Source: an uncultured Roseburia sp. (GTDB lineage: Bacteria > Bacillota > Clostridia > Lachnospirales > Lachnospiraceae). Taken from it: a stretch of 56,400 bases of DNA. Positions 9,582 to 18,022 of this stretch are shown here, one piece after another. The DNA is taken from the NCBI GenBank assembly GCA_964422225.1, contig CAYRAW010000001.1, forward strand, positions 1 through 56,400. Direction: 5' to 3'. Made by a program: the position numbers and the translations under genes. The notes below the pieces were generated by a model that was given only the letters and a program-made list of their open reading frames with translations, made no database searches and was not told the origin of the DNA. Positions within the stretch are counted from its first letter, which is position 1. Each line of letters begins with the position of its first letter.

Positions 9582-11411
9582 TTATTCTACTGTTACTACT
9601 TTTGCAAGATTACGCGGCTTATCCACATCAAGTCCTTTATCTCTTGATACATAAAATGCCAGTAATTGCAATACAACGACTGCCGGGAATACCATTAATT
9701 CATCACGCAGTGATGGAAGATAATACAGATTATCCCATTGCTCCGGATTTTCAAGCCCTGCATCTTTTCTGGCTATCATGGTGACTTTGGCGCCTCTTGC
9801 CTTTACTTCTATTGCATTGGACAATTCCTTGGAAATGACTTCTCTTTGTGTAACCAGTGTGATAACCGGTGTTTCTTCTGTTACAAGAGCAATGGTTCCG
9901 TGTTTTAGTTCACCCGATGCATACGCTTCCGAATGAATATAGGAAATTTCCTTTAATTTCAAAGAACCTTCCAGTAACGCTGTATAATCCAGTCCCCTGC
10001 CGATCATAAAGGCATCTTTGGCGTTCACAATATTTCGTGCCAATCCATGAATGGTTTCTCTTTCTTCAAGAATACCCTGCAGGCAAGCAGGCACTTCTCT
10101 CATATCCTGCATGAAAGTTCTGGTCTGCTCCTGTGTATACACGTCTCTGGCATATGCCATTCTGCCCGTGATCAAATAGAGTGCCGCAAGCTGTGTCGTA
10201 TAGGCTTTTGTACTGGCAACTGCTATCTCAGGACCTGCATTGGTGTAAAATACATACTCACTTTCTCTGGCAATCGTGGAACCCTTCACATTTACGATAG
10301 AAACATTACCAGCCCCACGGCGTCTCGCATAACGTAATGCTTCCAGTGTATCTATCGTTTCCCCTGACTGTGATATCGCAATCACAAGTGTCTTATCATC
10401 TACTACAGGGTGATTATAAATAAACTCAGAAGCAACTTCTACTACAACCTGCATTCCCAATACCGTCTGCATCATACTCTTTGCAACCAGTCCTGCATGC
10501 ATGGCTGTTCCACATCCAATCATTGTAATTTTGTCGTACTTTGTCCACATATCATCAGGTATTCCGTCCAATGAAAAATCAGGCATTCCATCCTTTAAAC
10601 GGCTTAGCAGTGTCTCAGTGATCACTGCAGGCTGCTCCATGATCTCTTTTTCCATATAATAGGAATATCCATTCTTGCCGACAGCTCCCATCTTCCAGTC
10701 TGCCTGTAGTTGCTGTGGCTCTACATATTCTCCATTTTCTTTTATAAGAGAGATACTATGCGTCTCCAATACCGCAAGCGTATATTCAGGCAGGACAAAA
10801 TACTGCTGTACGTAATCTGCCAGTGCCGTTACATCCGATGCCAGAAATGCTTCTTTTCCATCTGTTCCCACGCCCGCAATAATAGGGCTGACATTTCGTA
10901 TTGCAAATATTTTATCTGTAATGTCATCAAACATGATCGCAAGTGCAAAGGTTCCTCTCAGTTCGTGTACTGTTCTGTAAATTGCCGTTTGAGGATCTCC
11001 TTCATAAAAATGATCCAAAAGTGCCGCAACTACTTCCGAGTCCGTCTGTGAGGAAAGCTTTCCACCCAGTTCATACTTTGCTGTCAGTTCCTGATAATTT
11101 TCTATGATGCCATTATGGATCAGAGTCACATGTCCTGATGAATGAGGATGTGCATTTGTATCTGTCACTCCTCCGTGAGTAGCCCATCTGGTATGACCAA
11201 TACCACAGCAGGCCTGCCTGTCGGACTGTTCTTCACATAACTTTATAAGTTCCTGTACTCTGCCTGCTTTTTTGGTAATATGAACGTTACCTTCCATATC
11301 AAGCAGAGCAATTCCCGCACTGTCATAACCTCTGTACTCCAACAGTTCAAGTCCTTTCAACAATACTTCCTGTACATTACGATGTCCAATATATCCAATT
11401 ATTCCGCACAT
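9582..11411 (-). CDS. glmS: glutamine--fructose-6-phosphate aminotransferase
   Basis: N-terminal MCGIIG, LEYRGYDSAG, GHTRWATHG, SQSGET and C-terminal PRNLAKVVTVE. Confidence 0.97.
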   Translation of the reverse strand: MCGIIGYIGHRNVQEVLLKGLELLEYRGYDSAGIALLDMEGNVHITKKAGRVQELIKLCEEQSDRQACCGIGHTRWATHGGVTDTNAHPHSSGHVTLIHNGIIENYQELTAKYELGGKLSSQTDSEVVAALLDHFYEGDPQTAIYRTVHELRGTFALAIMFDDITDKIFAIRNVSPIIAGVGTDGKEAFLASDVTALADYVQQYFVLPEYTLAVLETHSISLIKENGEYVEPQQLQADWKMGAVGKNGYSYYMEKEIMEQPAVITETLLSRLKDGMPDFSLDGIPDDMWTKYDKITMIGCGTAMHAGLVAKSMMQTVLGMQVVVEVASEFIYNHPVVDDKTLVIAISQSGETIDTLEALRYARRRGAGNVSIVNVKGSTIARESEYVFYTNAGPEIAVASTKAYTTQLAALYLITGRMAYARDVYTQEQTRTFMQDMREVPACLQGILEERETIHGLARNIVNAKDAFMIGRGLDYTALLEGSLKLKEISYIHSEAYASGELKHGTIALVTEETPVITLVTQREVISKELSNAIEVKARGAKVTMIARKDAGLENPEQWDNLYYLPSLRDELMVFPAVVVLQLLAFYVSRDKGLDVDKPRNLAKVVTVE

Positions 11412-11489
11412 GTTATTTCTCACCTTTCTATCTGTAAATAATTTCTCTTATTAATACTCTATTCGTGTTAGATCTCATATGCTTCCTTA

Positions 11490-11626
11490 TACCGTATTTG
11501 TTTTGCAGTTACCTGCATATTTGCCGGTACATCTCGCACCGGAAGCAGTGCGAAAGGGCGTCCGCCGAATTTTCGATAACCCTTTTCCTCGTTAACCTGT
11601 CACGCTCTGACAGGTGCATGGCGCTA
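11490..11626 (-). ncRNA. glmS ribozyme (GlcN6P riboswitch)
   Basis: Minus strand AGCGCC-[P1 ACCTGTCA/TGACAGGT]-ACGAGG...TTATCGAAAATTCGGCGGACGCCC, with a P4-like hairpin TACCGG...GTAAC...CGGTA, directly upstream of glmS. Confidence 0.93.
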
Positions 11627-11758
11627 GATGAGAAATCATGTGTCCAGAAATCTTAATTTATGCTTTTATCAAGGTACCTGCATGATGCATTTCGTTATCA
11701 TGCACAGCTATATAGTGGCACAATTGTCACATTTTTGCAAGAATAAATTTTAAGGCAT

Positions 11759-11797
11759 AAAAAAACGGAAACAGTCCCATCTGCTTCCGTTTTTTTC
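11759..11797. terminator. bidirectional intrinsic terminator
   Basis: AAAAAAACGGAA...TTCCGTTTTTTT. Confidence 0.65.
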
Positions 11798-11860
11798 ATA
11801 AGCTTTTAATTGCACCCTTTAACACTTTTTGACCGTAACACCGATACTCCCAATATCGAG

Positions 11861-12073
11861 TTACATTTTGGAAATCATTACCACCGATAGATCATAGCGG
11901 TCAAGAAATTCATCAATGTCTCTTTCATCAGTAATCTCCATAGCTACTTCGAAAACACCTGATTCCGGATCCAAGAAGCCTGCAACCATTTCTCCCGTAG
12001 ACTGGTTCTTTCTAATAAGCGGCTTCTTATTTGCAACATCAATCTTAACTACCTCTTTCTTCGCTACTAACAT
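11861..12073 (-). CDS. small conserved hypothetical protein
   Basis: 70-aa ORF with RBS AAGGGG; motif KPLIR...TGE.VAGF.D...G.FE. Function unknown. Confidence 0.7.
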   Translation of the reverse strand: MLVAKKEVVKIDVANKKPLIRKNQSTGEMVAGFLDPESGVFEVAMEITDERDIDEFLDRYDLSVVMISKM

Positions 12074-12342
12074 AATTTTTTCCCCTTTCAACCCTTTTCA
12101 ATGTTCCTGTTGCCTTATCTCGTCTTACTATTCTAGCAATTGGTCAACATATTAAGTTTCCTTACAGATATTTCTTGAATTGTTAGGATAATAATACCTC
12201 ATTTTTTTAAATTTTTCAAACAAATTTAATATTATTTTACCATTTTGTGTCATTTTCAGAAAAATGCACAAAAAGATACTCTCTTATTATCCAACATTCA
12301 CAATTTCGCTTATACAATAATACATTTTCAAGGTGCGGCAGC

Positions 12343-13302
12343 TTATTGCTGCATTAAAAGCTTATTTATATTCAATTTCATTGCTTCGTCCTGTTCTCCC
12401 TTTAAGGATAAAGCAAGTGAAAGCGAATCCACTATGGACTCCTGAGTAAACCTGTCCGGATCATATCTCCAGACTTCCAGTTCTACATAATCTGTCCGGG
12501 TATCCCATGCAGGATCGATACTTTCTATCTTTTCTGCATGCTCTAAATATATCTTCTTCTCTATGGCTCGAACCGGATGGAACTCTCTGTCCGTTGTCTT
12601 ACCCAAAGTATATAGTGCTTCGCTTCCTGCCATTGGAAGATCAAGAAGCCATTGCTGCTTCTTTGCATATATACGTTTCTGCACCGGATCGCGCAGATAA
12701 GGTCTGGCCTGTTCATACAAATTCTTCCTGTCATAATTTGCAACTACCATGGAACTGCGTCCCTTCTTCTTAGTAGTTACAAGTCCCAATTCCTCCAGTT
12801 CCTGTACGCTGCGGCTTACATTCATAAGAGAAATATCCAGTTGCTTCGATATTTCCATTTTGGAATAATAAATTCTTTCCTGTCCATATAAAAAAAATAA
12901 GAGAATATACTGCGCCATAGCCGTCAACTGTGTTCCAGCAATGGGCTGCGCTTTAAAGTGCTCCTGCAGTGCAATCCCCAAAAACGGCATATAGAGCTGA
13001 TTATCCGGAACAATAAATGCTTGTCCACTTTCTATCAGACATTTACGTTGATACGAGGTAATTCTGTCAAAGCATAATACAAAAGGATAGTTACAGTATT
13101 TGCGTAATTCCTCTTTCTCGCGCTCAAAGACAGATAACTGGAATTCTAACTTCCTGACCGTGATTACGAGACACGCAATACCGCATATCTCCAAAAGAGA
13201 ATATTCCTTCTCTTCTCTAAGCTCATCAGGTAAAGTATTGCTGTCATTCCATGTCCGTATCAATACATGCAGTCCCAAGATGTATTTCAAATAACTTTCC
13301 AT
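12343..13302 (-). CDS. MarR-like winged-HTH protein (possible type IV antitoxin-like)
   Basis: Central wHTH (EISKQLDISLMNVSRSVQELEELGLV), F.VPDNQLYMPFLG and C-terminal EVWRYDP...VD.LSL.LSL. Confidence 0.65.
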   Translation of the reverse strand: MESYLKYILGLHVLIRTWNDSNTLPDELREEKEYSLLEICGIACLVITVRKLEFQLSVFEREKEELRKYCNYPFVLCFDRITSYQRKCLIESGQAFIVPDNQLYMPFLGIALQEHFKAQPIAGTQLTAMAQYILLFFLYGQERIYYSKMEISKQLDISLMNVSRSVQELEELGLVTTKKKGRSSMVVANYDRKNLYEQARPYLRDPVQKRIYAKKQQWLLDLPMAGSEALYTLGKTTDREFHPVRAIEKKIYLEHAEKIESIDPAWDTRTDYVELEVWRYDPDRFTQESIVDSLSLALSLKGEQDEAMKLNINKLLMQQ

Positions 13303-13541
13303 AGATGCTGCTCTTTCAAAACAATTTATTAACTTTCTTTTTTAATACTAACATACACTTTTTTTGAATGCAATATTTTTGTTATATTTTGTCAAAAAAA
13401 TGTTCTTACAAAAGAAACAATATATTTTAAAATAATTCTGTGAATATTCTAAAATATATAGTATAATTATATTAGAAGTGCGCATATTGATTTTTTATTA
13501 TACCGTTATCAGAAATTATTGTTTGCAGGAGGGACCGAGGC

Positions 13542-14594
13542 ATGTACCAACTAGCCGTTCATACACTGAAACCAGGAATGGTATTGTATAATGATATATA
13601 TAATGAAAGTAAAGAGCTTTTGCTAAAAGCAAATACAGAATTGACCAGTGACAGAATCCAGTTATTAATAGACCAGTATATTGATGAAGTCATTCTGGCA
13701 GAGCCAAGCGAAGTTGGAATGTCCCGTTACAAACATCTTCACGCAAGTGAGCATTTCCAGCTTTTTAATAAAATCTATAATCAATCTCTCGTTCATTTCC
13801 GCAGAATCCTGCGCAATATGGAGACAGGCCTGGACTTGAATACTGAACGTCTGCTGGCATTACGTGATGATATTATGTGTTCTGTTATGGATGGCGCCCA
13901 GCTTCTGGACTATCTCTACAATTTAATGCCCAACGAAAATGAGATCACATACAACCACTGCTTCAACTGTGGACTTCTCTGTTATATATTTGCACGCTGG
14001 TGTGGATTTCCCAAGCAGGATCTGGATACTATTACAATCTGTGGATACTTATTTGATATTGGCAAAACCAAAATATCTGACCAACTCTTATGGAAACCTG
14101 ATAAACTGACACCGGATGAATATCTGCAAATGCAGCATCACATTCATCTTGGCTATGATATGATAAAGAACAAACAGCTTCCGCCTCATGTAGTAAGCGT
14201 TATGATCATGCATCACGAACGTTGTGATGGAACCGGATATCCTGCCAGATTAAAAGCTGACAGAATTGATCCTTATGCAATGTTAGCTGCTATCGCTGAT
14301 ACTTATGAAGCAATGACCCATCCAAGAGCCCAGCGTCTTGCCCTGACTCCATTTCAGGCAATTCGTGTATTTGAGGAACAGGGTTTCCAGAAATATGGCT
14401 CTCACAATACCAAAAAGATATTGACCCATATTGCAAATATGTACACAGAACGAAACGTTGCCCTGAATAATAAAATCGAGGGACGTATCGTAGAGATCCA
14501 TCAGGACGCTTTGTCCAGGCCTACTATCTTTTCTAAAAATGTCTATATTGATCTGCGCCGGTACCCTGATCTGGAAATCGTCAGAATGGTATAA
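13542..14594 (+). CDS. HD-GYP domain protein (degenerate HD motif)
   Basis: LKPGMVL N-domain, HHERCDGTGYP and IADTYEAMT; the HD dyad reads FD (YLFDIGK). Confidence 0.88.
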   Translation: MYQLAVHTLKPGMVLYNDIYNESKELLLKANTELTSDRIQLLIDQYIDEVILAEPSEVGMSRYKHLHASEHFQLFNKIYNQSLVHFRRILRNMETGLDLNTERLLALRDDIMCSVMDGAQLLDYLYNLMPNENEITYNHCFNCGLLCYIFARWCGFPKQDLDTITICGYLFDIGKTKISDQLLWKPDKLTPDEYLQMQHHIHLGYDMIKNKQLPPHVVSVMIMHHERCDGTGYPARLKADRIDPYAMLAAIADTYEAMTHPRAQRLALTPFQAIRVFEEQGFQKYGSHNTKKILTHIANMYTERNVALNNKIEGRIVEIHQDALSRPTIFSKNVYIDLRRYPDLEIVRMV

Positions 14595-14657
14595 AAATAA
14601 AGAGCAGTATTTGCAAAATCGATTCAAAATGATTTACAAATACTGCTCTTTATTTTT
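14593..14657. terminator. bidirectional terminator between convergent genes
   Basis: Long inverted repeat AAAAATAAAGAGCAGTATTTG...CAAATACTGCTCTTTATTTTT. Confidence 0.75.
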
Positions 14658-15030
14658 TCAGGATACTTTTAAGCATATCCTCTATAGACTGGGAATCCAT
14701 ACCTTCGGCATTCTGCAGTAATTCTTTTACAGAATCCTGAATTTGGGATAATTCTTCTTCGCTCAGTTCGTACTGATCCACATAGTCTACGATAGACTGT
14801 CCTATCTTTTGCTGTTCTTCAGATGAGATACCCAAACTTTCTCCCAGATCACTACTCTTTAAAAATTCCTCCAGTTGGGAGGTAAAAGCATCTTTCATTT
14901 CCTCGGATGCTTTGCGGCTCAGTTCACTCTGACCTGCATTGATCTGTTCCTGGATTTTCTCAGGTAACTGTGCTTTGCAGGAACCCAGAAGTGCGGCCGC
15001 TATTGTAACTGTCAAAAATGCTTTTTTCAT
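14650..15030 (-). CDS. hypothetical helical lipoprotein
   Basis: Signal peptide with lipobox LLGS-C; acidic alpha-helical body. Confidence 0.7.
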   Translation of the reverse strand: MKKAFLTVTIAAALLGSCKAQLPEKIQEQINAGQSELSRKASEEMKDAFTSQLEEFLKSSDLGESLGISSEEQQKIGQSIVDYVDQYELSEEELSQIQDSVKELLQNAEGMDSQSIEDMLKSILKK

Positions 15031-15041
15031 GCTAATATAGT

Positions 15042-15410
15042 CTAACCTTGCCTTTCCGTAACTTGCATATCCTGTTTGGCATCCCCCTTCGCCCGATCCT
15101 GCCAGGACATAGACTGTGTTCCCGGAGTTGTTGTCCTAAGTCTCAGATACACTCTGCCATCTTCTATAAATTTGGCAATGGAAATATTTCTCCATACATA
15201 TACCTTGCCCGGAGCAAAATAAACTTTAATCTCCTTTACAAGTCCTTTGCCACCGAAATTAACAAGTTTGTTATTTCTGCGGACCGGCATGCAATAGATA
15301 TATTTGTTATCTGTAGTCTGAATGACTTTTGTGTCAAATACCCCCTGTTTTCCTTCCTTGGTGACTTTAATGGTTGCAGCAGCAGGTATTGGAATGTTCT
15401 GTACTTCCAT
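15042..15410 (-). CDS. hypothetical protein resembling the N-terminal (YcgR-N-like) domain of clostridial PilZ proteins
   Basis: Beta-rich pattern F.TKV...Y..PVR.NNK.VNF...W.N; no RxxxR PilZ motif. Start refined to 15410. Confidence 0.5.
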   Translation of the reverse strand: MEVQNIPIPAAATIKVTKEGKQGVFDTKVIQTTDNKYIYCMPVRRNNKLVNFGGKGLVKEIKVYFAPGKVYVWRNISIAKFIEDGRVYLRLRTTTPGTQSMSWQDRAKGDAKQDMQVTERQG

Positions 15411-15612
15411 ATTTTCACCCACTTTCCTGTACACTACTTTTATTATACACTACCCTGAGCCTTATAAAAACTTATTTTTTGAAAAATTTGTGAAATTTAA
15501 CATAGAAAGTTATCTTAGTATTTCATTTTTTGTATTTTTATGTTACTTTATTGAGGTGGGGCGTTATGCGGCCAGGTCCGCTTACCAGACCCGGAAAGGT
15601 TAGGTTATAGAA

Positions 15613-16818
15613 ATGTCAAAGAAACAAACAGAAGAAATCAGTAAAAGCAAGGCAAAAAGACAGGAGCGCCAGAAAGAAGTCTCCAGATCCAAGCGCCATA
15701 AACTCATAGGTAAGATCATTGGTATCATTCTTGCAGTTGTTGTCATTGGTGCTATTGTTGCTGCTATCGGTCTCCAGATCTATAAGGCTGCCATCCGCAC
15801 AACATCCAGTTCCGATTTCAGCGCCGGTCTGAACGAAGATGGAACCATCTCCAATGTAGATGTAAACAGTGCCATTACTCTGGCAGATTATGAAAACCTC
15901 GTTGTTCCTGCAAATGAAGTTGCTGCAACAGACGAAGAAGTTGACTCCGATATCAATTCCACACTAAGTTCCCATCAGGAAGTAAGCAATGACTCTTCTC
16001 TGGAGATCGCTGATGGAGATAAAGTGAACATTGATTATGTAGGTACAATCGATAATGTAGAATTTGAAGGTGGTACTGCTGCAGGTTATGATCTGACGAT
16101 CGGCTCCGGTAATTTCATTGATGGATTTGAAGATCAGTTAATTGGTCACAAACCGGGCGAAAATGTTACTGTAGAAGTTACTTTTCCGGAAGATTATACC
16201 AATACAGATGTTGCCGGAAAGGATGCATCCTTTGCTGTAACAATTAACGGTATCTATGTAACTCCTGAATTAACAGATGAATTTGTGCAGACTTATCTTT
16301 CTGACCAGGCATCTACCGCAGCAGAGTACAGACAGTCTATAGAAGATAAATATTACAAACAGCACCTTCAGGAATATCTGACCAATTACGTAGATGAAAA
16401 CTCAACTGTAAATACCTATCCAAAGGATTATTTAAAGAATGTGAAGTCCCTGTTAAAATACGATGATGAATATACATTATCTTACTATAATCAGATGTTT
16501 TCCCAGTATGGTGTAGATACTTATAAAAATATCTGGGATTCCAAAGATGGTATCAACAACGAGATCGAATACGAACACGATTTAACAAAACGTGCAAAAG
16601 AAAATGTAAAGACAGCTCTGGTATATCAGGCTATTTATGAAAAAGCCGGACTTTCTATTGATATGGATGCTTATCTGGCAGACATGACCGAAACAAACGG
16701 TGAAGACTATGTTACAAACATGAAAGAAACATACGGTACTGCATATATGGCTCAGGCAGAGATCAAGCAGGTTGTAATTGACTATCTGGTAGAAAATGCC
16801 AACGTACAAAATAATTAG
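15613..16818 (+). CDS. membrane-anchored trigger-factor-like FKBP peptidyl-prolyl isomerase
   Basis: Basic N-terminus plus TM helix, FKBP domain (GDKVNIDYVG...FEGG...IGSGNFIDGFEDQLIG...VTFPEDY) and a TF-like helical C-domain. Confidence 0.85.
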   Translation: MSKKQTEEISKSKAKRQERQKEVSRSKRHKLIGKIIGIILAVVVIGAIVAAIGLQIYKAAIRTTSSSDFSAGLNEDGTISNVDVNSAITLADYENLVVPANEVAATDEEVDSDINSTLSSHQEVSNDSSLEIADGDKVNIDYVGTIDNVEFEGGTAAGYDLTIGSGNFIDGFEDQLIGHKPGENVTVEVTFPEDYTNTDVAGKDASFAVTINGIYVTPELTDEFVQTYLSDQASTAAEYRQSIEDKYYKQHLQEYLTNYVDENSTVNTYPKDYLKNVKSLLKYDDEYTLSYYNQMFSQYGVDTYKNIWDSKDGINNEIEYEHDLTKRAKENVKTALVYQAIYEKAGLSIDMDAYLADMTETNGEDYVTNMKETYGTAYMAQAEIKQVVIDYLVENANVQNN

Positions 16819-16831
16819 AATAATCCATAAA

Positions 16832-16875
16832 AATATGGGGTATAGAAACTGCAATAAGCTCTATACCCCATTATT
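16832..16875. terminator. bidirectional terminator
   Basis: ATGGGGTATAGA...TCTATACCCCAT stem between convergent genes. Confidence 0.7.
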
Positions 16876-17172
16876 TTATGCATCTTCTTCCGGATAGATC
16901 CATTCACAGTCCACATATTGGGTAAGATCCAGACACCCATCCACAAAAGCCTTACGGATCAGTTCTGTACACGTCTCTTTATCCAATCCATAAAAATTTA
17001 CAATGGCATTATCGTAGGTACAGATCCATAAGCCCTGCTGTTTCTCTGCGCCAAACAGATTCTCTATTTCATCTGACTCCAGATTCGTCAGATCTTCACT
17101 GTATCCAAGTTCACAAGCCATAACTGCCCGTAATGATTCATCCGTTTTATCATATATCAGTGTCCGAAACAT
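16876..17172 (-). CDS. small acidic hypothetical protein
   Basis: ORF with RBS GAAGGAAAGG upstream of ATG 17172; no recognisable domain. Confidence 0.65.
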   Translation of the reverse strand: MFRTLIYDKTDESLRAVMACELGYSEDLTNLESDEIENLFGAEKQQGLWICTYDNAIVNFYGLDKETCTELIRKAFVDGCLDLTQYVDCEWIYPEEDA

Positions 17173-17330
17173 ACTGCAACCTGCCTTTCCTTCATTCGCA
17201 TATTTGAGCATTATTGTAACATTTTTATAATAAAAAATCTATGGGATATTTTTATCTTTACGAACCCCCTTCCATCATCCTATAATGATATGATCGATAT
17301 TGATGCAAGACAAGAAAGGACGATTCTGTC

Positions 17331-17729
17331 ATGAACTATGATGAAATATTAGAAAGAACAAAAGGCAACGGTTTCATATCCAAATTAGGTATCAAAATAA
17401 CTGATCTGGCTTCAGGATATTGCAGAGGTGAACTTCCTCTGGATGAAACCCTTAATAATCCTTATGGCTCTGTGCATGGCGGCTGTATTTTTACGCTGGC
17501 TGATACGATTGGAGGCTCTGCTGCACTGACACATGGAGTCAAGGTCGTAACTGTGGACAGTACTATTCATTACCTCAAGCCCGCGATCCACACAGAGAAA
17601 CTCATTGCAGAAGCCAAAGAGATCAAATATGGCTCTACAATAGCTGTTTACGAAGTATCTATTACAAATGCTGAAGGAGACTTGTTATCTACTGTTCTTC
17701 TCTCTTTCTTTATTCTTAGCAATTCATAA
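17331..17729 (+). CDS. PaaI-family hotdog-fold thioesterase
   Basis: Motifs NPYGSVHGGCIFTLAD and IHYLKPA. Confidence 0.9.
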   Translation: MNYDEILERTKGNGFISKLGIKITDLASGYCRGELPLDETLNNPYGSVHGGCIFTLADTIGGSAALTHGVKVVTVDSTIHYLKPAIHTEKLIAEAKEIKYGSTIAVYEVSITNAEGDLLSTVLLSFFILSNS

Positions 17730-17736
17730 TGATAAC

Positions 17737-17781
17737 AAAAAATATGATACTAACATTTATTTTTGTTAATATCATATTTTT
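17737..17781 (+). terminator. AT-rich terminator after the PaaI gene
   Basis: AAAAAATATGATA.TAACA...TGTTA.TATCATATTTTT. Confidence 0.55.
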
Positions 17782-17801
17782 ATGTTAATATCATAGACAG
17801 T

Positions 17802-17896
17802 AAAAAAGACAGTCGTTACAGACTGTCTCTTTTAGAGAAGGTATTTCTTTCTTATGGGGTATAGCAAAAAACTATATAATATATTGGGGGGGTTAC
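17802..17896 (-). ncRNA. candidate C-rich small RNA
   Basis: Own promoter (TGGACG-17-TATAAT at 17932-17904), three pyrimidine/C tracts, strong terminator AGACAGTC/GACTGTCT+U6, and no ORF. Confidence 0.6.
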
Positions 17897-18022
17897 AAGT
17901 ATTATTATACGGATAACCCCCTATTTCGTCCATACGGATATCTTACAAAATTTACAATTTCTCATGCCCATTTTTGTGTATTTTTACCAAGATATTTAGT
18001 TATGAACAATATATAACCTATT

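Noticed and set aside
15550..15605. GC-rich leader before the trigger-factor-like gene as a riboswitch (e.g. c-di-GMP)
   Set aside because: Too short, and no recognisable aptamer motif or terminator was found.
9037..17729. Genomic island integrated at tRNA-Ser(CGA) (XRE gene adjacent, mixed orientations)
   Set aside because: No integrase was found, I saw no duplicated tRNA 3' end, and the housekeeping gene glmS lies inside the block.
16834..17864. 12-bp identity TATGGGGTATAG between the 16.8-kb terminator and the candidate sRNA
   Set aside because: A 12-mer match is expected by chance in 56 kb, and the first copy is buried in a terminator stem.
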